Part shown: positions 63,587 through 64,000 of the stretch, piece after piece | Layout of the letters: each line of letters opens with the position of its first letter | Numbering within the stretch: the stretch's first letter is position 1 | NCBI GenBank assembly: GCA_965235115.1 | Contig: OZ249441.1 | Span: forward strand, 1,612,001-1,676,000 | Reading direction: 5' to 3' | Length of the DNA: 64,000 nt | From: Laetmonice hystrix | Taxonomy: Eukaryota | The notes under the pieces: generated by a model | What the model was told of the DNA's origin: nothing | What the model saw: the letters and a program-made list of their open reading frames with translations, nothing else | Databases searched by the model: none | Program-made: the position numbers and the translations under genes

Positions 63587-63671
63587 AATATCCAAATACA
63601 TTTGGATATGAAAGGACTTGCCGCCCAAAAATACTTCTCGTAGGCACTGGTGAGAGAGGTTCGTAGCCAAG
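63587..63671 (-). CDS. MTCH2: MTCH2 exon (LGYEPLSPVPTRSIFGRQVLSYPNVFGY)
   Basis: ttttttcag / gtaagt, 85 nt, phase 0-1. Confidence 0.92.
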
Positions 63672-64000
63672 CTGAAAAAATAGTGACGGGAAATAAAAAC
63701 TGGCTCAATTTCAATGCTCATAATGTTATTACCTACTGAACAGCATGCAATTGATTGTTAGTTCTCAATTTTTGAGATCGTTTAAAGATTAGATTGAGAA
63801 GCATTTTTTAAAGGCATCGTCAGGTGGATGGTCCCACCCTGTAAATTGAATACCCCAGGCAATACTCCAAAAGCCAGAGTCTGATATCTGATATGTAGTC
63901 TGTATCAGACTCTGGCAGTTGAATCGAAAAAGCGCGTGGCAACCGCATTGCACGTTCGAGTGACCGGGGTTCGCGTCATTCGGCGACTGATAACTTCCTT

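Larger units (their letters stand above)
59495..63671 (-). other. MTCH2: Mitochondrial carrier homolog (MTCH2/Mtch), last nine exons (278 aa plus stop); first exon beyond the right edge
   Basis: Exons total 837 nt in phase; GYEPL, GMYRGL..RL, QPCHVIMLRTMAQFVG, EGILGFFAGIVPRL, YPFSLVSNVMAV, GNIKRG resemble human MTCH2 as recalled. Confidence 0.93.

Noticed and set aside
63816-63890. U8 snoRNA (first 12 nt ATCGTCAGGTGG match as recalled)
   Set aside because: No box C (RTGATGA) downstream and similarity ends after the first hairpin; plausible chance match.

Overview
Eukaryotic, intron-rich animal DNA (invertebrate bilaterian by inference; the species cannot be determined from the sequence). Three spliced protein-coding genes can be reconstructed with consistent GT-AG sites and intron phases. 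(1) The 5' part of an ARID1/osa (BAF subunit) gene on the minus strand: 5 coding exons from ATG 44128 to 3252, two introns of about 18 kb, continuing off the left edge. (2) A complete SLC22-family MFS transporter on the plus strand: 48333-57559, 10 exons, about 569 aa. (3) The 3' nine exons of MTCH2 on the minus strand: 63671-59495, first exon off the right edge. Introns are packed with minisatellites, MITEs with 5-, 6- and 9-bp or TA target-site duplications, and SINE remnants. No CRISPR array, rRNA or convincing tRNA gene was found, and the very long ORFs in the track are tandem-repeat artefacts. The main unexpected pattern is that in all three genes an exon 3' end plus its 5' splice site has been tandemly amplified into the intron (2, 23, about 40 and 24 copies). 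The upstream original junction keeps the frame, while use of any distal copy would introduce a premature stop. Also notable are an inverted repeat pair bracketing SLC22 exon 7, a strong local enrichment of the TAGGCCTA palindrome over the SLC22 locus, and perfect 20-22 bp palindromes centred on kB and CRE sites in ARID1 intron 1. All coordinates were read by hand and may be off by a few bases at repeat edges.
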